Assembly: GCF_963853765.1 (NCBI RefSeq)
Contig: NC_088859.1
Location: 48,484,001 to 48,548,000, forward strand
From: Magallana gigas
Taxonomy: Eukaryota
Reading direction: 5' to 3'
Length of the DNA stretch: 64,000 nucleotides
In this document: piece after piece, positions 35,291-49,064 of the stretch
How positions within the stretch are numbered: position 1 is the stretch's first letter
Layout of the letters: each line of letters starts with the position of its first letter
Position numbers and translations under genes: made by a program
The notes under the pieces: generated by a model
What the model was told of the DNA's origin: nothing
Seen by the model: only the letters and a program-made list of their open reading frames with translations
Databases searched by the model: none

Positions 35291-38200
35291 CCTGCCACCC
35301 CCTCACGCATGTCACCAACACCCCTGTCCTGTAAAACGACAAAACAGAAATTAGCTCAGCCCTTGTACTTTAAATATCCAGTTACATTAATTCCTTCAAA
35401 GAAGAAATTTATGTCCAGGGTATTTTTCCAAACCAATTATGAAATTAGTTTTTAATGGGATTTATTCATGTTTCTATATTATTAGAGTGGAATTTCAATG
35501 TCAAAGTTCCTACGCTATGTCATATGCCCATTTTCCCAGGCTACCTTACTCTTGTTAAAAGTTATTACAGGGGTAATTTCATATTTTATATCCTTTGATA
35601 TCTCCTTCAATTGCATATTTTATGAATAACAGTAATATTGGAATGGTGGTGAGAATCAGAGGGTTAATGTAGTGTAGTAATTGCTGTCAGTGTGAGAGGT
35701 TTGGGGAGCAGTGATTATTGTTATTCGTGATGACAATCAGCATGCCCAACACCTCAGACAATGTTAGGTAATGCAGTAATTATAGAGGCTCAGCAGATCA
35801 GACGATCAGTTGTCTATTTATTTTGGTTAATCTTGAATTCCATCTCTCCTTAATGGAATTATAGTGTAAAGAATGCTTAGTCTTCCAAGACATTCAGTGC
35901 CTTCCTGGTGTGTATTAAATCTCCAGAGAGAAATGCATGGGCTGTTCATTAGTTTAATTGACATTCTATTGGTATATAATGGACACACTGCTAAAATGCA
36001 TGGAAAGCCTTGAATTAGTTTTATAAGGTTCTCAATATTTTACAATATATTCCTTATTAAAAAAGAAAAACCATCAGTTCACTGCCTAGATTGAGATATA
36101 TTCATGTGTGTGTGTATTTCAGTCCAGTTTATAAATGCCTTAAAATTCTGATAAAACAACAGCATTGCACCTGTCAGTGCTATAGTTTTCTGATCATTTA
36201 ATTCTAATAAATATATTAACCCAAACTTGATGTCAAGTGCTTCAAAAACCCCTAAATTGAACAAGCATGTTTTTAAGAATAATATTAATCTGCTACAACA
36301 CAATTTATCAAAAGAGTTTAGCCGCTGGCTTCGTGTAACGTAGCTAATCTCATGTAGAAATGCCAATATGTTTAAATGGATAAAAGAGTTCCAAGTTTTC
36401 CTCTCATATGTACATTTATTTGCACCATAATGTGTCACGCATACATAAAAATTTACATTAATTTACTTTCATCCTGACGGGGATAAATCCCTTAGTTGTT
36501 TTTTTCTCCCTATTGATTGAAATCTACGTTGATCATCTGCAGGATGTCAAACGTATGTTTCCCAGATGTCCCTCTTTGTTCATACTAGCTAGAAGTTATT
36601 CTCTCTCTTTATTCAGAAACAAAGAGAAATTTGCAAACCTGGGCCACACATATAAAAAAACCCTCTGAAAATTAGGAATTAGCCTAAAACGCCGACCCAG
36701 GACCCTCCATCAGGTCTTGATAACAATTTGAAATGACAGAGCTTAAGCTGCTAACCCCCCTTCCCCCTCCCAACTCCTCCGAAAAAGTGGAGGGTCCAGA
36801 GTTTTTACACTTTACACCACGCCCTTAATTAGGAACTACTAGTAGCTACTGGACATGCCCCATGTGAGCTTGTCTACATGGTGGTCGTCATTTGTTGACA
36901 TTTTACTGTAGCAACAGAAGCTTTTTTGCTGTAAAGTTTTCTGGAACAGAATCTAATGAGTGTCAGTTAATTTGTAACCAGCATGTCAATTCAAAATAAA
37001 TCTTTCCTGTCTGACACAGTCAACAAATTCTCATTTAATGAAATTCCTTCCTGGCACAAGATAACAATCTGGGGAGCTACCCTGGCACCCGGCACTGTGA
37101 GCTCCCCAGCGTGATTCCACCCATCATGCAACACTATCATTACAGACATTCATTACAACAGTGAAAGTCTCAAGTGTTTTAAAACATGAAAGAACTTTCC
37201 CCAAAAAACAAAATCAAAACAACAAGCATTTATATTCTTTACTTGACAAAGCAGGGGCCTTATTCTTCAAACAGACATGTTCTCACTTTTTTTGATCTGA
37301 GTGATTTGAATGGGATATTTGTACTGTCGATCATACAACAGGTCGCACTATAGGGTCTTCCCAAGGAACACCAGAGGATCGACAAGTACCAGGATGTTTG
37401 GCCTTGAAGAGTGCTCCCAGATATCTCAGCATGATGAATGACCTCATCATCGTGCTAGATGACCTCATCAAAGGTAGCCGACAGTCGGATGACGTCTGCT
37501 TACAACTAACATAAACAACAGCATCAACTTCCTCTTCTAGTTACATCAAAGGATCCCCGCTTTGGAGAGGCTGACTCCAAGTTCACTGTGTCTGCTATAT
37601 CAGAAGCGGGGGCACCCTCATTAAGCCTACAACTCCTACAGCCATTTCTTTTTTTTTTTTTTGGAGGATGGGGATTTTTACCACCTGTGTGTAATATACA
37701 TGGACCTTTTCAACCTCATCTTGTGTTAGCTATGGGTCATTAATGTAAGAAGTTTTAAATTAAGAATGATTTAATGGTCTTTAAGTAAGTGGGCTCTAAT
37801 CATGAATGATTTAATCAATGATTTTATTTGATCACTTCCTTCAATCTAACACTGCTGCATGGATATAAGTTTGTTGGATATAAGAATAATTACAAAAAAG
37901 AACCTTGACACCCAAGCAGGCAATGTTTAACAAATGTTCTTAATAAAATAGTTTGTAGATCTAGAAGGTTACAGATTTATCTTAGACATTAGAACAGATT
38001 TAAAGCAGATCATAGAGAGGGGATTATGCAATGCTACATCTCAATTACACTGCTATTCTCTTTACAGTTTTTACAAATGCAATTTAAAGGGTTTTTCCTT
38101 TGAAGATGACACAACATATCAGACTAAGTTATCTAAGATTCATCAGTCTCTGGAAGAGATACAATATATGTCACTGTTTACTTGTAAAGACTGTTGAATC

Positions 38201-39027
38201 AAAGGCAGAATTCTAACATTCCAGGGTACAACATAGATTATATAAATATCTCTGGTACATGAATTCTTACTTGTTGCAATGCAAGAATCTGACCCCAGAA
38301 GCATGCATCCCTTTGTACCAGGAATCTTACCAACACATGGAAACACAGGACCCGACCTCACACCCAACCCAGGTTTCGTTGGTGTCGACATTTTGCTGGC
38401 TACACCTATAATAACATATACTCCCCAATATCTGTAAACTGTACAGGTCTTGTTCATAGAATTCCTTTCTTAAACTCACCACAAAAACCCATCTGAGAAC
38501 CCGCAACTGCTTTATTTCACAAATTATTTGTTGTTGATTGTTCAGATCGGGGAATTCAAGAGCTAGCTGATTGTTGATTGAGTTCCAGCCTAACTACCAG
38601 TACCAAACATTTAATAAGTGCAATTATCCACATGGAAAATCAAATGTCAATTTAGAATACACTACCATGCGTTTATAGTAAAAAGAAAAATAACGATCAA
38701 GATTAAAATGTTTATCCATGTGAAAATTTTAAATGTTAAACTTACGGTATTGTATATCGATAGAATTTTATTCAACAAGTAATGCAATTCTTGAGAGTAG
38801 ACCTGCATTTCAAATAATTACTGCTTTTAATTTCTGCCATAATAAATTATGAATATCTGGTATTAAATGTAAAAGCGATCCATCTGAACTCATGCATTAT
38901 TTGTGAACTTGAGAAAATAAATAATTGTACCGGTAAAAAGTAATACAGAGTGTTGCCCTATATAACATCTCATGTATACTGGTTTTAAATATACCATATT
39001 GGCAATTTACAGTTTTAAATGATATAC

Positions 39028-39031
<4 letters not shown>

Positions 39032-39107
<76 letters not shown>
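39032..39107. repeat. (GA)n microsatellite
   Basis: Uninterrupted GA dinucleotide run of ~76 bp. Confidence 0.98.
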
Positions 39108-39110
<3 letters not shown>

Positions 39111-42100
39111 TGTTATAAAGATATAGTAAATAGTAAATAAATAAATACCAGTATTCTGACAGAAAATTTCAATAGTTACTCAGAATAAACAGTGCCTATT
39201 TGAGTAGTTGTACCGTCTGACTTACCGTACTTTGACGTCTTTTATCACTCCACCAACGTGCTCTCTCTGTTATCCACCTACACTGTATCAGGAGATCAGC
39301 CAAGCCCACACAATCAACCAATCAGTACGCTCCATTCCCTGCTAATGTTTAATATCATAAAGTGTAACTAGAAATTCTCCCAGGTTTTAACTATACTGAC
39401 CTATTACAAGTTACTTCAAGAGTAAACTGTCTCTTTAATAGTAAACTGAGTGTATTTAAATAACCTCAAAGTTCAAAGGGTTACAGACAAAGAGAGTTGG
39501 CTAATCTTCTATTGAAAAAAGTTAAACATATTAATTATGTTTTTTGAAATTGAAAAAAGTTATTGTTAACATTTAATATGTTATTAAGTACAAATCTGTA
39601 AGTTGTCTCTTCACCAATAATCTTAAAATCATGATTAAATGCCAGTTTTTGTCTAAATAATTGTGACTATATATACACATAATGATCAGAGGAAAACAGC
39701 CGGTATCAAGCATTGACAACTTTTCTATCTATATTAATCTTTCCCATGAATATTCTGTAATGATATGAATTTTAACTGTTTTTTTTAATTACCTGGAGTG
39801 TTTCTACTCCCCAATTTAATTAGATTGTAAATTCAAAAACATAAACAAAACTTTATTTGCACATGCTCTTGTCTTTTAATAAAAAAACAAACACCCAAGA
39901 ATTTCTCAGGTTGACACATTCAATATGTAACCCAACCCTCAGCAATATGTAATAAAAGGTTCCGGTGCAAGTGAAACACAGCACTTGACCTCGCCTTAGA
40001 AATAGGAGGTCCTACACAGAGCCTCAAGATTGCCTCCAGTGAGAGGGGCCAACACCCTCACGAGTTTAATTGAATCAACAAATATTTAACAATATAACTG
40101 ATGAATGCATTGGAGTTACTGCTGTGTTAAATACAGTAACTTACCAAGAAACTCCAGTATTATGAGTTTCATTAGGCGATAAATTTAATTTTTTTCCACT
40201 TTGAAGATATTAAATTTGATGCACTCTTGGCCCAGAGTAACCTTTCCATCAACGGTGGCGAAATATCAAATCATCTTAATAAATCCGGCGGGTTTTCTAT
40301 ACGGGTGATAAAATTTAATGGGCAGACAATGGCTGTAGCTTCTTAAATACAGATTATCTCGATGATGATCAGACTCCATTTACTGTTTCATATTTCCACC
40401 CTCCAGCCTACCGCCTCTCTTTTTACATATAAATACTTTTTTTCTGATATAGCAGTAACAAAAAGCTTTTAATGGTCACTCGAGTATCATAGACATTGGC
40501 CTCTAATTACAAATTAGCTCTCAACCTAGGAACTGGACCTTCCCTTTATTGTTCACCTTCATACGAGAGAGCAGAATAGGGGGGATTTAGTCACCATCAA
40601 GAAGGCGATAAACTCTCCTCCATCAGGCACAGGTGCAGGGGGCTAGCACACTGGATTCCTGTCGGATTCCAATAAAGCCATTTCATAGTCCATTGTTACC
40701 TATTGTTCCTGGGACAGGGGAGAGTTATACATCACTGCAGGGTGACAACCCCTTTAAAAAGAAGGTAGAGGAACTAAATTGATTTTTGCAAGACTTCCCA
40801 AGTTTAGCGGTATGGGGCAATAATAATTGATTAGGGCCCTAACACTTACACACTCAGGTGAATTATACAGCGTACACTTTGTGAACTTTGCTGCATTATT
40901 CTTGAAACAAAACATGAATGAACAATCAAGGTTTTGAATTTGTTCAGATTACTATATATCCTATTTACATGTACCATTATTTTAGATTGGGAGTGTAATT
41001 CTCTGTAGTAAAGAGAACTGAGTATAATTTTGAGTGTTTTAAACCCCCCAAGTCATTTATATGTAGGAAAGAAAAAAAAAGCCAATCTACGTAAAATCAC
41101 CTGATTTTTAAAGCTAATCAAAACTTACCTTTAAAAGTCATTTATTTTTCATGAATGAAAAATCATCAGCTCACGTCATAAACTACACTCCCATAGTATT
41201 TACAAAAAAAGATCATTTAATGGGTCGGATAGAATTCTTCCAACCTTGTTATGAAAATAGCCTGAGACCACTTCACAAGTTGACCGTATGGAGCTGCAGA
41301 ACACGTTGTCACAAGCCGCTTATCAAGCTTTGTCCGTGTTTACCAACACCAAATAAACTGGCCCAGACCTGACCCCTCCGCCTCTCCAGCCAGTCTGTCA
41401 CTAGTTACCCTCCGCACAGCCGAACCAGGCATAGATTAGCAGTATTTCACCCCTATACTGAGAGATGCAGTTTCCTGAACTCAGATAAACCATCACCAGT
41501 CTGTTGGCAGTGTAGGCATGTCAATGTTTTTCCTCCAGAAAACTCTTTTAAAACAAAATTAATTTAGCATGCAGTCTACTGGCTTAGTACAGAGGATCTT
41601 GTATCTTGGCTGTTGGGAGATGCACTTTACAAAGCTTCTATTAATTCTTCTTAATGGCTTAACATCTACCATGCCATGTATCACAAGCTTATAATGTATA
41701 AAGAAATTAGCCTTGTTTAAATCCTGTTCTAAGTAGACATGCTTTCCTTTTTTATGATATCTGTTGGACAGCTGGTCTACTGGTAGGTCATTATTTGATG
41801 TAAGGGACTGGAGTTTGTTTCTCAAATGCTTTGAATTTAAAAGCAAAGAAGTTATTATAAGCATATTTCAATTTCATGCCCCCCCCCTTCACAAATGAAG
41901 TTTAGAATTTTAAAGATCAAAATAGCTTTCCAAATCACTATTATCTAAAGGAATGAATGATGTAAACTTCTGAACAGCACTGACCAAAAAGGTCATAAGT
42001 TAATCAGGTGAGTAAAGTGACCTCAAAACAAACTACAGGTAAAAGAGATAGGTGAACATTTATCCTATCTGTTTACATAAAGTAGTTTTCTGTGATTAAG

Positions 42101-42776
42101 AATCACAATGTTTAGTACCAGTTACCTTTTAGAAAGAGAATTACGGTAATAGATGTAGGGTACCTTATTTAATTCAATCTAAGTAGGTTCTGAGGACATA
42201 TCAACAAAAAATTCAGCAACTCTGATATAAAAGCATTAAAAACAAAATTTAAATCACAATTTGAGGGCAAAGCATGACAAATGTCTGTTTGTTTTACCCC
42301 CCAGATTCTGACAAATGGACTTATGGCATTTATGACTTGAACAATGGCCTCCATTTAGCCATGCATACAATGTATTTTCCATCTTTACTCAATAAATAAG
42401 ATGAGATGCTGCATGCTATTTGATGATTTCATTAAAACCTCCAAGATTACAACAGTTTGAGATAAACATATATTAACAATTCTGAGTTTAATGACACAGA
42501 ACACATAAATCTGATAATTTCTGCTTTTCTATAAGTTATTTCTATGTGCTTTTTAAGGAAGATAGTAATATTCTTAACATTGTTAAGTCCCAAAAACATC
42601 AACAATTAAATCTTAAAACTATGCACCAACAAAACTTTTCTCATATTATTACAATAAAAATCATTGTATCTCAAAAATTGCACTTTACTGGTACTTGAAA
42701 TTCCCTACCGTTGACAATAAAAGAAACTTTGATGATTTCCTGGGTGGTGTATACAGTTACAAGTTCTCAGACTCAC

Positions 42777-42944
42777 CAGCGCTCCATGGGACTGTGGTTT
42801 GCCGTGGATTGCTGGAGGAGCTATTGACCTGTTTAGGTCGAGTGGGAATCTACCGCTGACTCCAGCATCAACTGTTGACCTAGAGTCACACCATGGACTG
42901 GCTGGCCAATCAGCAACATCTGTCATAACAGTCTGCATTCCGCC
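42777..42944 (-). other. Candidate 5'-UTR exon of the CSGALNACT gene
   Basis: On the minus strand: acceptor tactttcag|, donor GCTG|gtgagt, and a GC-richer 168-nt interior. Confidence 0.5.
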
Positions 42945-43959
42945 TGAAAGTACAGCACAAAATGTAAATAAACTTGCCATGTTTATAGATGTTATAGCAA
43001 TTATCAGCCACAGCTTCATCAAAATCTGTCAAGTTTGGGATAATTTCAAAAACATCATCTGTCTATATTGTACAGAAAGATCTGCATCCCAGAATTTTTA
43101 ATAAATATTACATCCAACAAATGTTTTTGTCACAAACATACTCATAGCTTAAGTACATTTAAAAAAGTTGTAAAACAAAGAAAATAAGTTTCCATTGCAA
43201 TTTGCAGTCAGTTATTGCATATGTACACTTACGACCCATACTAAAAATATTATGAATTACCAGTAACACTAATTTCTGTCATACTCATACCTAGTTAACA
43301 AAATTACCAGCAAAACTAATTTTCATCAACCTAACACCATGGTAAACAAGTTAAAACTATGTAATTCCAAAGTAGAAATGTATTTCATTCGCCTTTCCGA
43401 ATATTTCTTTCCATACACATTTCAAAAAGTTTAGTTACATGTATATAGCTGTACTCCTTAGGATCATTCTAAATGCTTCTATCATATCCAAAAAGGAGCC
43501 TGGTGACCATACTACTTCTGCTCACAACTGACCCACAAAATACTACATTCACTGCTCATGGTCATGGGTTCATGGCACCAACTGCAGAAGGAAAGGAGGA
43601 ATGAGCATATTATAAATACACTGAAAACTAGTAGACTAATTGTTCTCAAACAGTTAGTTCCACCTCATTATTTTCATGTTAAGAATATTTTTGTTTCAAT
43701 AAAATTAATAAAATATTTTCTTCTTGCATTACTTCAAAACAAACATCCAAAAAATTAGTATGCATATTTTTTTGTTTGACCTTGACCTTTCACCAATATG
43801 TCATTTTGACTGATCAAGGTCAACCTTTAAACTTTAAACTGACTTTAAGACAATGCTGATTGCTCAAAACTAATCAATACATCTCAACACTCTTAACTAT
43901 CAGTTGGATGCTAAAAACACCAATGCTTACAAATATACAGATGACTTCCAAACACCTGA

Positions 43960-45720
43960 AGATTACTGCTCACAACTGACTATTAGACATCACTAAATCA
44001 CTGCTCACAATTGACTATTATACACCAGTAAATCACTGCTCTCAACTGACTATTAGACACCACTATATCACTGCTCACAACTGACTATTATACACCAGTA
44101 AATCACTGCTCTCAACTGACTATTAGACACCACTAAATCACTGCTCTCAACTGACTATTAGACATCACTAAATCACTGCTCACAATTGACTATTATACAC
44201 CAGTAAATCACTGCTCACAACTGACTATTAGACACCACTCAATCACTGCTCTCAACTGACTCTTAGACACCACTAAATCACTGCTCTCAACTAACTATTA
44301 GACACCACTAAATCACTGCTCTCAACTGACTATTATCTCTTTCAATTAATAAAAAAATAATAAATTGCTCTTCCAGTATTTTCAATTATTATTTGCAAAC
44401 AATTCCATAACCTTAGTGACAGCTTGACAATGATTATGAATATATTATGAAGATCGAAATAATGGAATCTTAAGGTTTAATTATATAAATATCTTTTGTA
44501 CTATAAGAGTATTTTTGTAGACAAAAATGTTATAAAACATTAGGAGAGAAAGGACAAGACTTATTAGATATATTAATCTCATTAAAAACCAGACATTACT
44601 TTTTCTTCTTTATCATTAATTTTATGATAATGATGATGATGATGAAGTAAGTATTATATACATAAAAAATGGGGTTATTGTGATGAGACTCCTTTTTTCT
44701 GGATACTCAAAATTTAGTGTCTGAAATGCTGAAAACTTGCCAGCTTCCGAGGGCTTTGCCCCCTTGGATCTTACCAGGGCTTCGTTCTGTACCCATTGAC
44801 AGGCTCAAGGTGGCCACCAAACCCTTCTGCATTTAATTTGCTTCCACAATAAGCAAGCCTTAGCTACACCCCTGGACACCACTAAATCACTGCTCTCAAC
44901 CAATTATTAGACACTACTCAATCACTGCTCTCAACTAACTTTAGACACAACTCAATCACTGCTCTCAACTGACTATTAGACACCACTAAATCACTGCTCA
45001 CAACTGACTATTAGACACCACTAAATCACTGCTCACAACTGACTATTAGACACCACTCAATCACTGCTCTCAACTGACTCTTAGACACCACTTAATCACT
45101 GCTCTCAACTGACTATTAGACACCACTCAATCACTGCTCTCAACTAACTTTAGACACAACTCAATCACTGCTCTCAACTGACTATTAGACACAACTAAAT
45201 CAATGCTCTCAACTAACATTTAGACACCACTAAATCACTGCTCTCAAATGATTATTAGACACCACTAAATCTCTGCTCTTAACTAACTATTATAGACAAC
45301 ACTAAATCACTGCTCTCAACTAACTGTCATACACAACTACATCATTGCTCTTAACTATTTGACACCACTCAATCATAGCTATCAACTAAAATTTAGACAC
45401 CACTAAATCACTGCTCTCAACTGACTATTAGACACCACTAAATCACTGCTCTCAACTAACTAATAGACAGAACTAAATCACTGCTCTTAACTATTCTAGA
45501 CACCACTAAATCACTGCTCTCAACTAACTAATAGACAGAACTAAATCACTGCTCTAAACTATTATAGACACCACTAAATCATTGCTTTCAATTAACTATA
45601 TTAGACACCTGGCCACAACCACTGCTCTCAACTCACTATTAGTCACCACAATAAATCACTGCTCTTAACAAACTATTAGACACCACTATATCACTGCACT
45701 ATATTTTTTTTATAACAGCT
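43960..45720. repeat. 35-bp minisatellite (ctgctcacaactgactattagacaccactaaatca) in two blocks, ~43960-44335 and ~44875-45720
   Basis: Period 35 (ctgct at 43966 and 44001). Copies degenerate toward 45700. An unrelated ~540-bp segment separates the blocks. Confidence 0.95.
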
Positions 45721-45854
45721 GACAATTAGACACCACAAAACTATTGCTTACAGCTAACTCTTTGATACCACAATACTATTGTTTAAAAGCCTCCATAAGA
45801 CACCAGAAACCTAATAACAAAAACCAGTATTTATTTTTATAGTATGATTTTATA

Positions 45855-46215
45855 GCGAGCGCAGCTCGCCGGCGCGCAGCGCCGGCTAGCGAAGCGAGCT
45901 CTAAGAACCAGTGTGCGCGGGAAAAAGAACGAGCTAAACCTACAGTTCATCAAACAAAATTTTTTGTCTACGTCCCATAATGCTCTCTAATGTTTACACC
46001 CGTGGTGCTATGCCAAAAATGGCCGACTTTTAACTCGTAATATACGGTGACTTAAAGTTTGAAGACACGTTTTGAGTACCGCATATGCTTTGGCGAGACT
46101 CAAAAGATTTGTTACATGCTTCTATACCTTCGTATTGAGTCGAGAAACGTAAACAAAGACGAACAAAGTCATAGATGACGTCACAGTGCACTCGCGCTAT
46201 ATTTCCCGCGAAAAA
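45855..46215. promoter_or_regulatory. CpG-rich promoter-like island with E2F and CRE sites
   Basis: GCGCGGGAAAA 45915-45925, TGACGTCA 46176-46183, TTTCCCGCGAAAA 46202-46214. Candidate minus-strand donor CGAAG|gtatag near 46127. Confidence 0.55.
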
Positions 46216-46579
46216 TTTAGAGGTGGTTAAACATCTGTAATGAGTGTACTGGCTATTTCAGTATAGTCTGCGATACCTGCCTCATTGACATATGATTTGT
46301 TTTTAATCTTTTTTTAATATAGAGATTTTATATATATATAAACTAGCAAGGGCCATACTTTACTGTCATGTCGATCCATTTTTAAAGTAATTGTGCATGC
46401 ATGTACCGTGCAGTAGGCAGGTAAGTATATGAGTAGGGAGGAAATAAACAATAGGACATTTTGAACTAAATAAAAAGGAATAAAATGAAAAAATAAACAG
46501 GTAAAAAAATTATGTAGATATTGCATATAGTCATACCATTAAATAAAAGTGGGAAATTACACACCTACAAACAGGTACC

Positions 46580-46582
<3 letters not shown>

Positions 46583-46622
<40 letters not shown>
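46583..46622. repeat. (CT)n microsatellite
   Basis: ~40-bp CT run. Confidence 0.97.
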
Positions 46623-46624
<2 letters not shown>

Positions 46625-47338
46625 GTAGGGGGTTGCGCTGTATATATCATAACCATTAAAATTAGTACATTTGGCATACTTATTGTAGAGCAATACTCTC
46701 TCAAAAATTCTTTGACGTTCGTTGATACCTAAATAAAACTATAAGTTGACAATGATGCAAGGTACAGTATGTGTAATTCTTGCTGCGCTCGCCAGAACGG
46801 TAGCACCGTAAAACATATTAGTCTAAAACCTTATTTTAGAACTTAGATTTTTGTAGGTGAAAACTCCATTTAATAGGCCTATACTGGTTTTTATTCCTGG
46901 CAGTTAAAGGTGGTTCTCTTATCACCAGTTTTGTGAGCCATAAAAAGAGGGACAACTCCTTCAATACATGACAAAACGCTCGTTTAAAAAACCTAACAAA
47001 ACCAGTAGTGTACCCTGTAGGACTAGTTAACATTATGGAGGATATTTAAGAGTCAGACCAAGTACCAAGACCAAGTGTAATTGCACGTCAATTTCACTTA
47101 ATCTCCTGTTTTAATATTAGGCCTAACCAAAAACCATAGAATAACTTTGAGCCTATCAAGTATCTGCCTTAAAAATGGAGTGTGCAACTTTCCAGAGTTA
47201 ATTTTTGTACCCTGCATTATAAAACTATAATCCTCTGCATATGATGGTTCACATCGTAGATAAATAACATTCACGTAAACGCACATTCGGATCACGCTCT
47301 TGCATTTAAAAACAAGCGCGCAGGTGATCTTGTCATTT

Positions 47339-47493
47339 ACCACGTGACCAAAACATCCAATAGAAAAGAAAGGGAAATTCCCTAATGTTGGGTTTTCCAT
47401 ATGCTTTTAAAAGATAACTGCTACGAAGGGAAACAAGGAAAACCCAAGGCTGATAAATGACATGTCCTGAAGTTTGTAAATCTTAAGTTTAAG
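47339..47493 (+). promoter_or_regulatory. NF-kB gene promoter and non-coding first exon with three kB/kB-like sites
   Basis: CACGTG 47341-47346, CCAAT ~47357, GGGAAATTCCC 47372-47382, GGGTTTTCC 47390-47398, GGAAAACCC 47437-47445, donor AAG|gtgagt at 47493. Confidence 0.7.
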
Positions 47494-49064
47494 GTGAGTT
47501 CCTGTTGAAATATCGTACCTTGGCGCTGACCACGTCGAAAATATACAACATTCACTCCATGCAGCAGATTTCTATTTTTAGAACAGTTTATGAAAGATCT
47601 TAAAGATCGTGAATATAGAACGTAAATGTGTAAAAACATGGTTGTCGCCATGTTTCCCAAGCTTTGTTTTTTGTCAGCTAGTTAAAATCAAGGTAGACAA
47701 TTCGTTATGGTTTGACATTTTCCGAAAATGGATGTGACTGCATGCATTTTTTAGTCATGGCTGCATGGTCACCTTACATTAGCGAGAACTCTGTAATGTA
47801 TATTTGTTATCAATTCTATTTATTCTTCAAATACCGTTCTGAACTAAATAGAACTAAGTAATGTTTGATAATATTTATTGTCTATTATGTTTACCATAGC
47901 TCTATGAGAAATATGATTATCTGTAACCAGAATAAGTTCGAGATTTAACTTTTAAGGGACTGTACTTGGATCATTAATTATATTTGTCAACACTGTCATT
48001 GTTCATACAACTGTATGCGTTCCTAAGAGTAAGAGGTATAATCATACCGGATGTAAGTAAAGAGTTTAAAAGAATGTACGTAGTACACAACAGACAGCAC
48101 GTGTTCTTATTTTGTTAGTATCGTATATTTAAAGTACTTGGCTTAATTGGTATAACGTTACCATACATAAAAATAATTGACCCCCACCACCCACCATAAA
48201 ATAAGGGCCCTAAATGTTGAAGGTTTTTAATAGCTTAAAAAAAAAAATAAAAAACGGATTTGGTGAAAGGTAACTTCTAACAAATTCATATTGTGACATG
48301 CTTCAATCTTCACTTATATTTGTATTTATTGACAGCATTAAACCATTATTAAGGTGTCCCAAAGCTAAAATATTACCTGGAAATGGCATTGACAGAATGG
48401 TATTAATTCTTTGACAGAGAGAATTTTTAAATTCCTTACATAAATTAACAGCGATTACATAAATTAAAAGCGATATCCAACACTATATTTGATGCAACGA
48501 TGTCAAAATGGATTTTTATGCATTACATGTACTACAGATTTAATGTGTTAAAACTTTTTGGTTCAAAAGGCTACATAAACTGAATTTATAATTATAGATA
48601 CGAAAGTGGTTGAAATGTGTGATAAAATGATTCTCACATGATTAGTGATTGCATGTTTATGATTTTAATCCAGCTGTTACATTTTCTATTCATGAGCTAC
48701 AAAGTTTGGCAATATAAAAAAAACCTCATTGGATGAAAATTATATATACCATCGCAAATCTTAAGAGATCCAATACATGCTAGTATTGCTTTTTAGATTT
48801 GTTCTCTATCAATGAAAGTATTAGTTAAAGTTAACCCCCTATTAAGATAAAAAATAATCTTTCTGAATTTCATAGTGATTTCTTGTTGATAAAGCACCCA
48901 ATTTAATTGCAAATTATGTCAAAGTTGGTACATTAATAATGGGTTTTGATTATGAATGGATTTCTTGCCTTCCAAAAACTTTTAGGGGTCCTATGAATAA
49001 GAAACAGTGTTGACTCTAACAATGATTGTAAAGTAAAACTGATATGATGACATTTTTACAGACA

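Noticed and set aside
38143-38457. 104-aa minus-strand ORF
   Set aside because: No recognisable domain and no exon partners; it lies in the presumed 5' intron/UTR region of CSGALNACT.
43960-45720. CRISPR-like appearance of the 35-bp periodic array
   Set aside because: The variable parts are mutated copies of one unit, not unique spacers. There are no cas genes and the context is eukaryotic.
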